A stretch of 30,043 bases of DNA, from positions 1 through 30,043 of the forward strand of contig JAAYFA010000315.1 in assembly GCA_012728445.1 (NCBI GenBank), in the 5' to 3' direction. Numbering within the stretch: the first letter of the stretch is position 1; each line of letters starts with the position of its first letter. The position numbers and the translations under genes were made by a program. The DNA comes from Clostridiales bacterium (GTDB taxonomy: Bacteria > Bacillota > Clostridia > Oscillospirales > Acutalibacteraceae). Below, one piece after another: positions 9,251-18,024 of this stretch. The notes beneath the pieces were generated by a model. It did no database searches, had not been told where the DNA came from, and saw only the letters and a program-made list of their open reading frames with translations.

Positions 9251-9391
9251 ATGAATATCGATCCTGAAATGCTTCTCAAGATCCTTGAAGATGCAACAGT
9301 ATTTTTGATGAAATTCTTTGGCATCAGTTTGCCCGACATTATCGCCCAATTGCAGCCTTTGATTCAGGCTATCATCGCTTTGTTCGCATAG
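9251..9391 (+). CDS. Small hydrophobic/amphipathic peptide 1, 46 aa: MNIDPEMLLKILEDATVFLMKFFGISLPDIIAQLQPLIQAIIALFA
   Basis: Translated by hand, as it is below the ORF-track cutoff. GAGGTG RBS at 9239-9244, 6 nt before the ATG. A strong hairpin follows the stop, and the C-terminus is similar to peptide 2. Confidence 0.75.
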   Translation: MNIDPEMLLKILEDATVFLMKFFGISLPDIIAQLQPLIQAIIALFA

Positions 9392-9410
9392 TAAAAACTT
9401 TGTTTAGAGC

Positions 9411-9450
9411 GGCCGGCATACAATCATTTAATGTATGCCGGCCTATCCTT
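9411..9450 (+). terminator. Probable intrinsic terminator after peptide 1
   Basis: Perfect 12-bp stem GGCCGGCATACA (9411-9422) / TGTATGCCGGCC (9432-9443), followed by a pyrimidine-rich but imperfect U-tract (TATCCTTT). Confidence 0.65.
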
Positions 9451-9608
9451 TCGTGACATTTTCGATTGACAGTAAAGCTGAGCGAAAACTGCAATGGAGA
9501 AAACATGCGATTGTGCCAAAAAGACAATAAAAATCATCGGACATGTGCTAACATATGTGTTAGATAAAATGATATCCTGGAAATTAAGCTGAAAGAGAGG
9601 TGAATGTA

Positions 9609-9746
9609 ATGGAATTAAAAGAGATTCTCGACATTATTGCTCTTATTGTTAAAAACGCTGATTTTACGGTAGTTCTGGACGCTTTTAAGCAGCTTTTGCC
9701 GGTAATAGAAAGAATTATTTCTCTCTTTGCCATGATCTTCGCATAA
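9609..9746 (+). CDS. Small hydrophobic/amphipathic peptide 2, 45 aa: MELKEILDIIALIVKNADFTVVLDAFKQLLPVIERIISLFAMIFA
   Basis: Translated by hand. GAGGTG RBS at 9597-9602, 6 nt before the ATG. A hairpin follows the stop, and the C-terminus is similar to peptide 1. Confidence 0.75.
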   Translation: MELKEILDIIALIVKNADFTVVLDAFKQLLPVIERIISLFAMIFA

Positions 9747-9773
9747 CGACAATCAAAAAAATCTTGATAAAAG

Positions 9774-9808
9774 ATGAAAGGTGCAGCGTGAGTTGCGCCT
9801 TTCATTAT
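9774..9808 (+). terminator. Probable terminator hairpin after peptide 2
   Basis: ATGAAAGGTGCAGC-gtga-GTTGCGCCTTTCAT, a 14-bp stem that includes G-U pairs. Confidence 0.6.
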
Positions 9809-9890
9809 TGATAGACAAGTGTTTTTTGATGCTTTAGGAGAGGTTTTTCAAAAATAAACGGAAATATTTGAAAAAATAAAAAAATAAGTG

Positions 9891-9919
9891 TTGCATTCTA
9901 TAAAGCATTGTGATAATAT
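9891..9919 (+). promoter_or_regulatory. Sigma-A-type promoter of the S10 operon with an A-rich UP element
   Basis: TTGCAT (9891-9896), a 17-bp spacer, then TAATAT (9914-9919) with TG at 9911-9912. A-tracts lie upstream at about 9871-9888. Confidence 0.7.
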
Positions 9920-9925
9920 TTGTAG

Positions 9926-10228
9926 GCTGTCCTAATGGCAAAGGGCATAACTATGCTCAAAAGCCTGCATTTCAGCAGATATGCGTTGATTCGAAAGGTG
10001 GCCACCCTAGAGGTGGGGAATTTTCGAGGAGTATGTCCGATTTTAAACCGGGCGAAAAAATAGCCTGCATGCTGTCAACCGCTTTCCCTGCGGTTTTGCA
10101 GTTGCAGGAATGTGCGTTTTTTGCTACGCTGCCCCGGAAAGTTTTCCGGTTTTTTAAACGGGTAGATTGAAACACCCGGCTGCGTTTAGCAAATTTTGCA
10201 TAGCCCGCCAAATGAAGGAGGCGTTCAC
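9926..10228 (+). promoter_or_regulatory. Long (~300 nt) 5' leader of rpsJ; candidate ribosomal-protein leader/attenuator
   Basis: The distance from the predicted promoter to the rpsJ ATG. Contains a terminator-like hairpin, CCGGAA-agtt-TTCCGG-TTTTTT (10134-10155). Confidence 0.45.
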
Positions 10229-10540
10229 ATGGCAGTTAAGGGGAAAATCAGAATCAGACTCAAAGGGTATGATCACAACCTAGTCGACAAGTCAGCGGAA
10301 AAAATAGTTGAAACAGCAAAACGTACCGGCGCACAGGTTTCAGGTCCCGTTCCGCTCCCGACCGAAAAAGAGATCATCACGGTTCTTCGTGCGGTGCACA
10401 AGTAGAAGGATGCACGCGAGCAGTTTGAGCAACGCACACACAAAAGGCTTATCGACATCATCGGGCCTTCCGCCAAAACGGTAGAAGCACTAACCGGTCT
10501 TGAGCTACCGGCCGGCGTAGAAATTGAGATCAAGCTCTAA
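10229..10540 (+). CDS. rpsJ: 30S ribosomal protein S10 (uS10/NusE), interrupted by an in-frame TAG at codon 59
   Basis: [20 protein letters not shown]...[42 protein letters not shown]...[14 protein letters not shown]. The 103-codon frame is full length apart from TAG at 10403-10405. RBS AAGGAGG at 10215-10221. Confidence 0.95.
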
Positions 10541-10650
10541 CTCTTATACATTATTATAATAACGCGGCATCAAACCCGCCGGAGTATAATAACGAAACAC
10601 CGCAGGTCATGTTGACAAAGGTCAACCAATAACCTTAAGGAGGAAATTTG

Positions 10651-11283
10651 ATGCAAAAAGCAATTATCGGCAAAAAAATAGGCATGACTCAGCTTTTTGA
10701 CGAGAAGGGTAATGTAATTCCCGTCACGGTTGTCGAAGCAGGTCCGTGCCCGGTAGTTTTCAAGAAGACCATAGACAACGATGGTTACGAAGCAGTACAA
10801 CTTGGCTTCGGCGACATCAAGGTTCAACGGTTGAGCAAACCCCTGCAAGGGCACTATAAGAAAGCCGAAGTAGGCGTCAAAAAAACGCTCAGAGAATTAA
10901 AGTTTTCTAATTTCGACAGTCTTAATGTAGGTGATATCCTCAAAGCGGATATCTTCGCCGTGGGCGACCGTGTCGATGTTGTCGGCACAAGCAAAGGTAA
11001 AGGTTGGGCAGGCGTCATTAAAAGATGGCATTTTTCCAGGCTTAAAGAATCGCACGGCAGCGGTCCTGTCGCAAGACATGCCGGCTCTATCGGTGCGTGC
11101 AGCGACCCCGGCAAAGTAGTCAAAGGCAAAAAAATGTCGGGTCATATGGGGCATGAACGTGTCACAATCAAAAATTTAAACATTATCAAGGTTGACGCTG
11201 AAAACAATCTTATTGCCATTAAAGGTGCCATTCCGGGACCCAAGGGCGGCATAGTGATGATCAGCAGCAGCTTTAAAGCGTAG
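10651..11283 (+). CDS. rplC: 50S ribosomal protein L3
   Basis: 'KKIGMTQLFDE', 'DVVGTSKGKG', 'GHMGHERVT'. The RBS spacing favours the ATG at 10651. Confidence 0.97.
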   Translation: MQKAIIGKKIGMTQLFDEKGNVIPVTVVEAGPCPVVFKKTIDNDGYEAVQLGFGDIKVQRLSKPLQGHYKKAEVGVKKTLRELKFSNFDSLNVGDILKADIFAVGDRVDVVGTSKGKGWAGVIKRWHFSRLKESHGSGPVARHAGSIGACSDPGKVVKGKKMSGHMGHERVTIKNLNIIKVDAENNLIAIKGAIPGPKGGIVMISSSFKA

Positions 11284-11300
11284 GGAAGGAGAGAATTATA

Positions 11301-11924
11301 ATGCCAAGCGTTTCAGTATTTGACATGAACGGAAAAAAGATTTCCGACATTGAGCTTGCCGAAGGGATCTTCGACATAAAACCCAATGTTTCGGCAATGC
11401 ACCTTTGCGTTCTCAGCTATTTGGCGAACCAGCGCCAGGGCACTCAATCTACCCTTACGCGTGCCGAAGTCAGGGGCGGCGGCAGAAAGCCGTGGAAACA
11501 AAAGGGTTCGGGCCGCGCAAGGCAGGGCTCCACAAGATCGCCGCAGTGGACACACGGCGGTATTGCGCATGGTCCTAAGCCGCGCGAGTATGGTTTTGAT
11601 ATCAACAAAAAAGTGAGAAGACTTGCAATGAAGTCGGCTCTTTCCGCAAAAGCTCAGGCGGATGAACTTGTTGTGATTGACAACCTCGTGATGGACGAAA
11701 TCAAGACAAAAGAAATCGTTAAAGTACTTGCGGCACTGCAAACCGGAAAGAAAACACTTATTGTTTTACCGGAAAAGAACGATACTATCTACAGGAGCGC
11801 CCGTAACATCCCGGGCGTAAAGGCTACACTTGTTACCACACTTAATGTTTACGATATCCTGAATTGTGATACTTTGCTTGTACTTCAGGATGCGGTTACG
11901 AAGATTGAGGAGGTATATGCATGA
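11301..11924 (+). CDS. rplD: 50S ribosomal protein L4
   Basis: '[33 protein letters not shown]'. Confidence 0.97.
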   Translation: MPSVSVFDMNGKKISDIELAEGIFDIKPNVSAMHLCVLSYLANQRQGTQSTLTRAEVRGGGRKPWKQKGSGRARQGSTRSPQWTHGGIAHGPKPREYGFDINKKVRRLAMKSALSAKAQADELVVIDNLVMDEIKTKEIVKVLAALQTGKKTLIVLPEKNDTIYRSARNIPGVKATLVTTLNVYDILNCDTLLVLQDAVTKIEEVYA

Positions 11925-12217
11925 ATAGACTTGCACAAGATATCGTCATCCGTCCGATCATTACAGAAGCAAGCATGGACGGCACCACAATAAGAAAATA
12001 CACCTTCGAAGTTGACAAAAGCGCGAACAAAATTGAAATCGCCAAAGCGATTGAGACACTGTTCAAGGTTGAAGTTCAAAAAGTCAACACGAGTCATGTT
12101 CACGGCAAACTACGCAGGCAAGGCAAGTTTGAAGGCTATACGCCATCGTGGAAAAAGGCCGTTGTTACCCTGACAAAAGAGTCAAAGACAATCGAGTTCT
12201 TTGACGGCATGGTCTAA
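11921..12217 (+). CDS. rplW: 50S ribosomal protein L23
   Basis: 'RPIITEAS', '[19 protein letters not shown]', 'WKKAVVTL'. Confidence 0.96.
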   Translation: MNRLAQDIVIRPIITEASMDGTTIRKYTFEVDKSANKIEIAKAIETLFKVEVQKVNTSHVHGKLRRQGKFEGYTPSWKKAVVTLTKESKTIEFFDGMV

Positions 12218-12297
12218 TCTTTAAAAGATAATAATTCCGGCGGTGAGGTATGGAGAGTGACATACTCCGCAAAGCCGCTAGTGGGAGAGTGAGAAGA

Positions 12298-13131
12298 ATG
12301 TCGATAAAAACCTATAAGCCAACGACGAACGCCAGGCGCGACATGTCGGTAACGGATTACTCCGGGCTTTCAAAGGTCGCACCCGAGAGAAGTCTTCTTG
12401 AATCCAAGAAGAAAAATTCCGGCAGAAACAACTACGGCAGAATTACCGTTCGCCATCGCGGCGGCGGCAACCGTAAAAAGTACAGGATCATCGATTTTAA
12501 GCGCAACAAGTTTGATGTTTATGCAGAGGTGTTGACGCTTGAGTATGATCCGAACCGTTCCGCTCATATTAGTCTGATTCAATATGAAGACGGCGTAAAG
12601 AGCTACATCCTTGCCCCGGCCGGACTAAAAGTAGGGGACAAAGTTGTTTCCGGTGCCACAGCGGATATTAAACCGGGCAATGCACTGCCACTTGGGAAAA
12701 TTCCGACAGGTACTGTTGTACACAACGTCGAAATGTACCCCGGCAGAGGAGGCCAGCTTGCAAGGTCAGCCGGCAACTCAGCACAGCTCATGGCAAAAGA
12801 AGGCATTCATGCACTTCTGCGCTTACCCTCCGGCGAACTTCGCAAAGTACCGCTGGGCTGCATGGCCACTATCGGTCATGTGGGTAACGAAGAACATGAA
12901 AACGTTAAAATCGGTAAAGCCGGGCGTAAACGCCACATGGGTTGGCGTCCGACAGTCCGCGGCTCAGCGATGAACCCCAACGATCACCCCCATGGCGGCG
13001 GTGAAGGTAAAGCACCTATCGGTAGGCCAAGTCCGGTGACACCATGGGGCAAACCGACACTGGGTTACAAAACAAGAAGCAAGAAAAAGAAATCAGACAG
13101 TCTTATCGTAAAGCGTCGTAACGGCAAATAG
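12298..13131 (+). CDS. rplB: 50S ribosomal protein L2
   Basis: '[16 protein letters not shown]', 'EYDPNRSA', '[14 protein letters not shown]'. The homologous start is MSIKTYKP at 12298, not the 12250 given in the ORF track. Confidence 0.97.
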   Translation: MSIKTYKPTTNARRDMSVTDYSGLSKVAPERSLLESKKKNSGRNNYGRITVRHRGGGNRKKYRIIDFKRNKFDVYAEVLTLEYDPNRSAHISLIQYEDGVKSYILAPAGLKVGDKVVSGATADIKPGNALPLGKIPTGTVVHNVEMYPGRGGQLARSAGNSAQLMAKEGIHALLRLPSGELRKVPLGCMATIGHVGNEEHENVKIGKAGRKRHMGWRPTVRGSAMNPNDHPHGGGEGKAPIGRPSPVTPWGKPTLGYKTRSKKKKSDSLIVKRRNGK

Positions 13132-13153
13132 TCGGTGAAAGGAGCTAAAGATT

Positions 13154-13435
13154 ATGGGCAGAAGCACAAAAAAAGGACCTTTCGTTCAACCTAAGCTGCT
13201 CGAAAGAGTCGAAGAAATGAATAAATCCGGTAAAAAACAGGTTCTAAAAACCTGGAGCCGCAGTTCCACAATCTTCCCGGATTTCGTCGGACATACCTTT
13301 GCTGTTCACGACGGTCGTAAGCACGTTCCGGTATATGTTACAGAGGATATGGTCGGCCATAAGCTCGGAGAGTTTGTGAGCACAAGGACCTTCAGAGGTC
13401 ACGCGGGCTCAAAAACATCATACGCAGGCAAATAA
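13154..13435 (+). CDS. rpsS: 30S ribosomal protein S19
   Basis: 'RSTKKGPFV', '[23 protein letters not shown]', 'MVGHKLGEF'. Confidence 0.97.
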   Translation: MGRSTKKGPFVQPKLLERVEEMNKSGKKQVLKTWSRSSTIFPDFVGHTFAVHDGRKHVPVYVTEDMVGHKLGEFVSTRTFRGHAGSKTSYAGK

Positions 13436-13460
13436 TCGGTCTAAGAGGAGTGTGAAAACA

Positions 13461-13796
13461 ATGCAGGCAACAGCAAAGGTAACTTATGTGCGCATAGCGC
13501 CGCGCAAAGTACAAATAGTTCTCGATCTAATTCGCAACCAGCCTACTGAGAAGGCAATGGCAATTTTAAAACACACGCCCAAGGCCGCGTGTGAACCACT
13601 CATTAAACTATTGAAATCCGCGTTGGCTAATGCGGAAAACAATAACAACATGGATGTTTCAAGGCTTTATGTCGCCGAGTGCAGCGCCAGTCAGGGTCCC
13701 ACCCTCAAGCGAATGAGACCGAGAGCACAGGGCAGATCATTCAGAATCAACAAGAAGACTTCACATATAATCCTTGTACTCAAGGAAGTTGAATAA
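13461..13796 (+). CDS. rplV: 50S ribosomal protein L22
   Basis: 'VRIAPRKVQIVLDLIR', 'LKSALANAENN', 'PRAQGRS..I.KKTSHI'. The ATG at 13461 is preferred on RBS spacing. Confidence 0.96.
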   Translation: MQATAKVTYVRIAPRKVQIVLDLIRNQPTEKAMAILKHTPKAACEPLIKLLKSALANAENNNNMDVSRLYVAECSASQGPTLKRMRPRAQGRSFRINKKTSHIILVLKEVE

Positions 13797-13815
13797 GCGA
13801 GGAGGAGGTTGAACA

Positions 13816-14484
13816 ATGGGACAAAAAATTAATCCAATCGGTTTTAGAGTAGGAATAATCAAGGACTGGGAATCACGCTGGTATGCGAAGCCCAAAGACT
13901 TCGGAGATACGCTTGTCGAAGATTACGAACTGCGTAAATATTTGTTAAAAATATTAGCTCCGGCCGGTGTTCCCAAGGTAGAAATCGAACGCGACGCAAA
14001 ACGTGTTCATATCAATATTCACTGCGCAAAACCCGGTATGGTTATCGGCAGATCCGGAGTGGAAATTGAGAAGCTCAAAGTGCTTTGCGAGAGAAAGCTT
14101 GGCGGTAAAGAAGTTTCGCTTAACATCATTGAAATTAAGCAAATCGATTTAAACGCACAGCTTGTCGCTCAAAGTATAGCCGAACAGCTTGAAAGACGTA
14201 TGTCTTTCCGCCGTGTATTAAAGCAGTCCATTGGCCGTACGATGAGAGCCAATGCAAAAGGCATTAAAACACAAGTTTCCGGTCGTCTTGGCGGTGCGGA
14301 AATCGCCAGAACAGAACATTATCATGAAGGAACCATCCCCCTGCAGACCATCAGAGCCAATATTGACTATGGCTTTGCCGAAGCAAAAACAACATACGGC
14401 AGAATCGGCGTCAAGGTTTGGATCTACACGGGCGAAATCCTTCACGCAAATCGTAGTCCACGCAAGGAAGGGGGAGCTCAATAA
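13816..14484 (+). CDS. rpsC: 30S ribosomal protein S3
   Basis: '[13 protein letters not shown]', 'AKPGMVIGR', '[13 protein letters not shown]', '[10 protein letters not shown]'. Confidence 0.97.
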   Translation: MGQKINPIGFRVGIIKDWESRWYAKPKDFGDTLVEDYELRKYLLKILAPAGVPKVEIERDAKRVHINIHCAKPGMVIGRSGVEIEKLKVLCERKLGGKEVSLNIIEIKQIDLNAQLVAQSIAEQLERRMSFRRVLKQSIGRTMRANAKGIKTQVSGRLGGAEIARTEHYHEGTIPLQTIRANIDYGFAEAKTTYGRIGVKVWIYTGEILHANRSPRKEGGAQ

Positions 14485-14909
14485 TGCTGTTGCCTAAACG
14501 CGTAAAACGACGCAAGCAACACAGGGGCCGCATGAAAGGCGTTGCCACGCGAGGCAATACCGTCACATATGGTGATTTCGGCCTTGTTGCTCTCGAGTCC
14601 GCCTGGATATCATCCAATCAAATTGAGGCAGCCCGTGTTGCAATGACCCGTTCCATCAAGCGTGGCGGCCAAGTTTGGATAAAAATCTTCCCCGATAAGC
14701 CAATAACGGAAAAGCCTGCGGAAACCCGCATGGGTTCAGGTAAAGGATCTCCCGAGTATTGGGTTGCAGTCGTCAAGCGTGACAGGGTCATGTTTGAAAT
14801 CGCAGGGGTCGACAAGGAATCCGCGCAAGAGGCGCTACGCCTTGCCGCAAGCAAGTTACCAATCACGACCAAATTTATATCAAAGCAAGAAACGGGTGGT
14901 GAGCGATAA
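14484..14909 (+). CDS. rplP: 50S ribosomal protein L16
   Basis: '[16 protein letters not shown]', '[11 protein letters not shown]', '[13 protein letters not shown]'. Confidence 0.97.
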   Translation: MLLPKRVKRRKQHRGRMKGVATRGNTVTYGDFGLVALESAWISSNQIEAARVAMTRSIKRGGQVWIKIFPDKPITEKPAETRMGSGKGSPEYWVAVVKRDRVMFEIAGVDKESAQEALRLAASKLPITTKFISKQETGGER

Positions 14910-15112
14910 TGAAAGCCGGAGAAGTAAGAAAACTTTCTGCAAAAGAGCTTGATGCTAAGCTACTTGAGTTGAAGGACGAGCTTTTTAAATTGCGCTTCCA
15001 GCAAGCCATTAACCAGCTCGATAACCCAATGCGGATTAATGTCGTTAAGAAAGATATTGCCAGAGTGAAAACGATTCAGCGCAACATCGAACTTCACGCC
15101 ACAAATTCGTAA
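14909..15112 (+). CDS. rpmC: 50S ribosomal protein L29
   Basis: '[12 protein letters not shown]', '[10 protein letters not shown]'; canonical position in the operon. Confidence 0.95.
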   Translation: MKAGEVRKLSAKELDAKLLELKDELFKLRFQQAINQLDNPMRINVVKKDIARVKTIQRNIELHATNS

Positions 15113-15132
15113 GGAAAGGGAGGCCAAGTGCA

Positions 15133-15390
15133 ATGAGCGAGAGAAACAAGAGAAAAACCCAAATTGGTATTGTTACCAGCGACAAAATGGAAAAAACCAT
15201 CGTCGTTTCCGTAAAAGACAAAGTAAAGCATCCGCTTTACAAGAAAATCATTAACAGGACAGTTAAGCTGAAAGCGCACGACGAAGAAAATGAGTGCACC
15301 ATAGGCGACCGTGTCCTTGTTATGGAAACGCGTCCGATATCCAAGGATAAGAGATGGCGTTTAGTCGAGATTATCGAGAAAGCCAAGTAA
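15133..15390 (+). CDS. rpsQ: 30S ribosomal protein S17
   Basis: '[14 protein letters not shown]', 'HPLYKK', '[13 protein letters not shown]'. Confidence 0.97.
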   Translation: MSERNKRKTQIGIVTSDKMEKTIVVSVKDKVKHPLYKKIINRTVKLKAHDEENECTIGDRVLVMETRPISKDKRWRLVEIIEKAK

Positions 15391-15418
15391 TTGGCGCAAG
15401 TGTAAGGAGGCAAACACC

Positions 15419-15787
15419 ATGATTCAGCAAGAGAGTTACCTTAAAGTTGCCGACAACACGGGCGCGAAGGAAATTATGTGTATCCGTGTGCTCGGCGGTT
15501 CTCGTAAAAGGTATGCCGGCGTTGGCGACGTCATCGTCGCTTCTGTAAAAAAAGCGGTACCCGGCGGCGTCGTTAAAAAAGGCGAAGTGATTAGAGCTGT
15601 CGTGGTTCGTACCGCGAGTGCCGTGCGCCGTAAAGATGGCACATACATCCGTTTTGATGAAAATGCGGCAGTTATTATCAAAGAAGACAAAAACCCAAAA
15701 GGTACCCGCATATTCGGTCCGGTGGCAAGAGAGCTTCGTGAGAAAGAATATCTCAAGATTCTCAGCCTTGCACCAGAAGTGCTTTGA
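15419..15787 (+). CDS. rplN: 50S ribosomal protein L14
   Basis: '[17 protein letters not shown]', '[12 protein letters not shown]', '[12 protein letters not shown]', 'SLAPEVL'. Confidence 0.98.
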   Translation: MIQQESYLKVADNTGAKEIMCIRVLGGSRKRYAGVGDVIVASVKKAVPGGVVKKGEVIRAVVVRTASAVRRKDGTYIRFDENAAVIIKEDKNPKGTRIFGPVARELREKEYLKILSLAPEVL

Positions 15788-16131
15788 TGGGAGGTACAGC
15801 AAGGAATAAAAAAGTTCATGTTAGAACAAATGATGAAGTTGTCGTTATCAACGGGAAATACCGCGGTAAAAGGGGCAAAGTTGTTCAAGTCAGCCCTGCG
15901 GAAAATAAGGTCATTGTTGAGGGCGTTAACATCGTCACAAAGCATATTAAACCAAAAAAAGCCGGTGAGCCGGGCGGCCTTGTAAAAGCCGAAAGTGCTC
16001 TCTACGCATGCAAGGTTCAGCTTATTTGCCCCAAATGCGGGAAGCCTACGAGAACAGGCAGCAAAATCAACGCCAAAGGCAAGAAAATGCGCACATGCAA
16101 AAAGCAAAACTGCCTGGCGGAATTCGAATAA
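15787..16131 (+). CDS. rplX: 50S ribosomal protein L24
   Basis: KOW segment 'DEVVVINGKYRGKRGKV' and 'VEGVNIVTKHIKP'. The C-terminus has CPKC...C..C. The ATG overlaps the rplN TGA. Confidence 0.95.
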   Translation: MGGTARNKKVHVRTNDEVVVINGKYRGKRGKVVQVSPAENKVIVEGVNIVTKHIKPKKAGEPGGLVKAESALYACKVQLICPKCGKPTRTGSKINAKGKKMRTCKKQNCLAEFE

Positions 16132-16147
16132 GGGAGGATCATGACAC

Positions 16148-16687
16148 ATGGCAAGACTGAAAGAAATGTACAATAGTGAAGTTGCACCTGCTTTGATGAA
16201 AAAGTTTGAATATAAGAGCGTCATGCAAATCCCGAAGATTGACAAGATTGTTGTCAATGTCGGTTGCGGCGATGCGCGCGACAACCCAAAAGTTCTCGAA
16301 GCTGTCGTTTCGGATATCACTCAAATTACGGGCCAAAAGCCCATTCAGTGCAAAGCAAAAAAATCTGTCGCGAACTTTAAACTTCGCGAAGGCATGACAA
16401 TCGGCGTAAAGGTTACACTCAGAGGCGAGAGAATGTATGAGTTCCTTGACAGACTGTTTAACCTAGCGCTCCCCCGAGTAAGGGATTTCAGGGGCATCAA
16501 TCCCAACTCCTTTGACGGCCGCGGTAATTACTCCATGGGTGTCAAAGAGCAGTTGATTTTTCCCGAAATTGACTATGACAAAATCGACAAAGTCCGGGGA
16601 ATGGATATTTGCCTGATCACAACAGCAAAAACAGACGAAGAAGCCCGCGCGCTTTTAACCCTGATGGGCGCTCCGTTTGCGAGATAA
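16148..16687 (+). CDS. rplE: 50S ribosomal protein L5
   Basis: '[13 protein letters not shown]', 'ITGQKP', 'FKLREGM', '[10 protein letters not shown]', 'GMDI'. Confidence 0.97.
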   Translation: MARLKEMYNSEVAPALMKKFEYKSVMQIPKIDKIVVNVGCGDARDNPKVLEAVVSDITQITGQKPIQCKAKKSVANFKLREGMTIGVKVTLRGERMYEFLDRLFNLALPRVRDFRGINPNSFDGRGNYSMGVKEQLIFPEIDYDKIDKVRGMDICLITTAKTDEEARALLTLMGAPFAR

Positions 16688-16699
16688 GGAGGTATTTTT

Positions 16700-16885
16700 G
16701 TGGCCAAAACATCAATGAAGGTAAAGCAGGCGAGGCCTGTAAAGTTTTCCACAAGGCAGCACAACAGATGCAAGATCTGTGGTAGGCCGCACGCCTATCT
16801 GCGCAAATACGGAGTATGCCGTATATGCTTCAGGGAGTTAGCCCATGCAGGGCGGATTCCGGGCGTTAGGAAGGCAAGCTGGTAA
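16700..16885 (+). CDS. rpsN: 30S ribosomal protein S14, short zinc-binding (type Z) form
   Basis: 61 aa, '[26 protein letters not shown]' (two CxxC pairs); GTG start. Confidence 0.96.
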   Translation: MAKTSMKVKQARPVKFSTRQHNRCKICGRPHAYLRKYGVCRICFRELAHAGRIPGVRKASW

Positions 16886-16912
16886 AGAGCAATTGCAAAG
16901 GAGGTTGAAGGT

Positions 16913-17311
16913 ATGCACATCACGGATTCCATCGCCGATATGTTAACGAGAATACGTAATGCAAACTCAGCAAAGCATGATTCGGTGAAAGTGCCGGCAT
17001 CAAACATCAAGAAGGCGATTGCTCAAATTCTTGTTGATGAAGGTTATGTAAAAAATTACAAGGTCGTGGACGACGGCAAACAGGGGATTATTGAAATAGT
17101 TCTCAAGTTTGGGCCGAATAAGTCCCAAGTTATTACCGGTTTACGCAGAGTTTCAAAGCCCGGTCTGCGTATTTACACCAATTGTGAGGATATGCCTAAG
17201 GTCATGCGTGGCCTTGGTGTAGCAATCCTCTCAACGTCAAAGGGCATTATGACTGACAAGGATGCGCGCAAAGCCAGTATTGGCGGCGAAGTCCTTGCAT
17301 TTATCTGGTAA
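16913..17311 (+). CDS. rpsH: 30S ribosomal protein S8
   Basis: '[13 protein letters not shown]', '[10 protein letters not shown]', '[11 protein letters not shown]', 'GGEVLAFIW'. Confidence 0.97.
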   Translation: MHITDSIADMLTRIRNANSAKHDSVKVPASNIKKAIAQILVDEGYVKNYKVVDDGKQGIIEIVLKFGPNKSQVITGLRRVSKPGLRIYTNCEDMPKVMRGLGVAILSTSKGIMTDKDARKASIGGEVLAFIW

Positions 17312-17326
17312 GGAGGTGCTGTTAAG

Positions 17327-17872
17327 ATGTCAAGAATTGGCAAAATGCCGATCACTATTCCGGCAGGCATTGATGTAAAAATCGATGGCAGCACTGTTAT
17401 CGTTAAGGGGCCTAAAGGCACACTTACCAGAACAGTGCATAAGAACATGAAAGTTGAATCGGACGGTGCGGTGATCAATGTTACCCGCCCCAACGAGGAC
17501 AAAGAAAACAAATCGCTTCATGGCTTAACACGGTCGCTCGTCGCGAACATGATAATCGGTGTCAGTGAGGGCTATAAGAAGGACCTTGAAATTAACGGCG
17601 TCGGTTTTCGTGCCGCAAAGCAAGGGTCCGAATTAGTGCTTACAGTTGGGTATTCCCATCAGGTTATCGTGCCCGAGATTGAGGGCATAACCATTGAAGT
17701 TCCGGCTTTTAACAGAATTTCTATTCTTGGCCCGGACAAGCAGATGGTTGGACAGTTCGCAGCGGATATACGTAAAAAGCGTCCGCCCGAGCCCTACAAA
17801 GGCAAAGGCATTAAGTACGCAGACGAAATAATCCGCCGCAAAGAAGGCAAGGCCGGCAAGGGCGGCAAATAA
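17327..17872 (+). CDS. rplF: 50S ribosomal protein L6
   Basis: 'MSRIGKMPI', 'VKGPKGTL', 'LHGLTRSL', '[12 protein letters not shown]'. Confidence 0.97.
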   Translation: MSRIGKMPITIPAGIDVKIDGSTVIVKGPKGTLTRTVHKNMKVESDGAVINVTRPNEDKENKSLHGLTRSLVANMIIGVSEGYKKDLEINGVGFRAAKQGSELVLTVGYSHQVIVPEIEGITIEVPAFNRISILGPDKQMVGQFAADIRKKRPPEPYKGKGIKYADEIIRRKEGKAGKGGK

Positions 17873-18024
17873 TCACAATTCGGTTTTAAAGCCCGCATCC
17901 GGCTTGAGTGTTGACGGTTCGGGGCAAATGGCAGGCACAGCCTGTGCATAATATGCAGAAATGCTCAAAAGTAAACAAGACGGACATCGCAAAGCCATCG
18001 CCGTCTTTAAGGAGTGCAAACTTT

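Noticed and set aside
9068-9805. Minus-strand ORFs 9068-9349 and 9584-9805 from the ORF track
   Set aside because: They are antisense to the better-supported plus-strand peptides, which have RBSs, hairpins and mutual similarity.
9910-10170. 86-aa ORF upstream of rpsJ as a possible leader peptide
   Set aside because: Its GTG start lies within the predicted promoter, upstream of the TSS, and it has no RBS.
15436-16320. 294-aa minus-strand ORF spanning rplN-rplX-rplE
   Set aside because: Antisense shadow of highly conserved genes with biased codon use; no RBS or recognisable domain.
17918-18010. c-di-GMP-I (GEMM) riboswitch suggested by GGGCAAA and CGCAAAGCC
   Set aside because: The spacing and P1/P2 pairing do not fit the consensus by eye, and the context (mid-spc operon) is atypical. 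cmscan would settle it.
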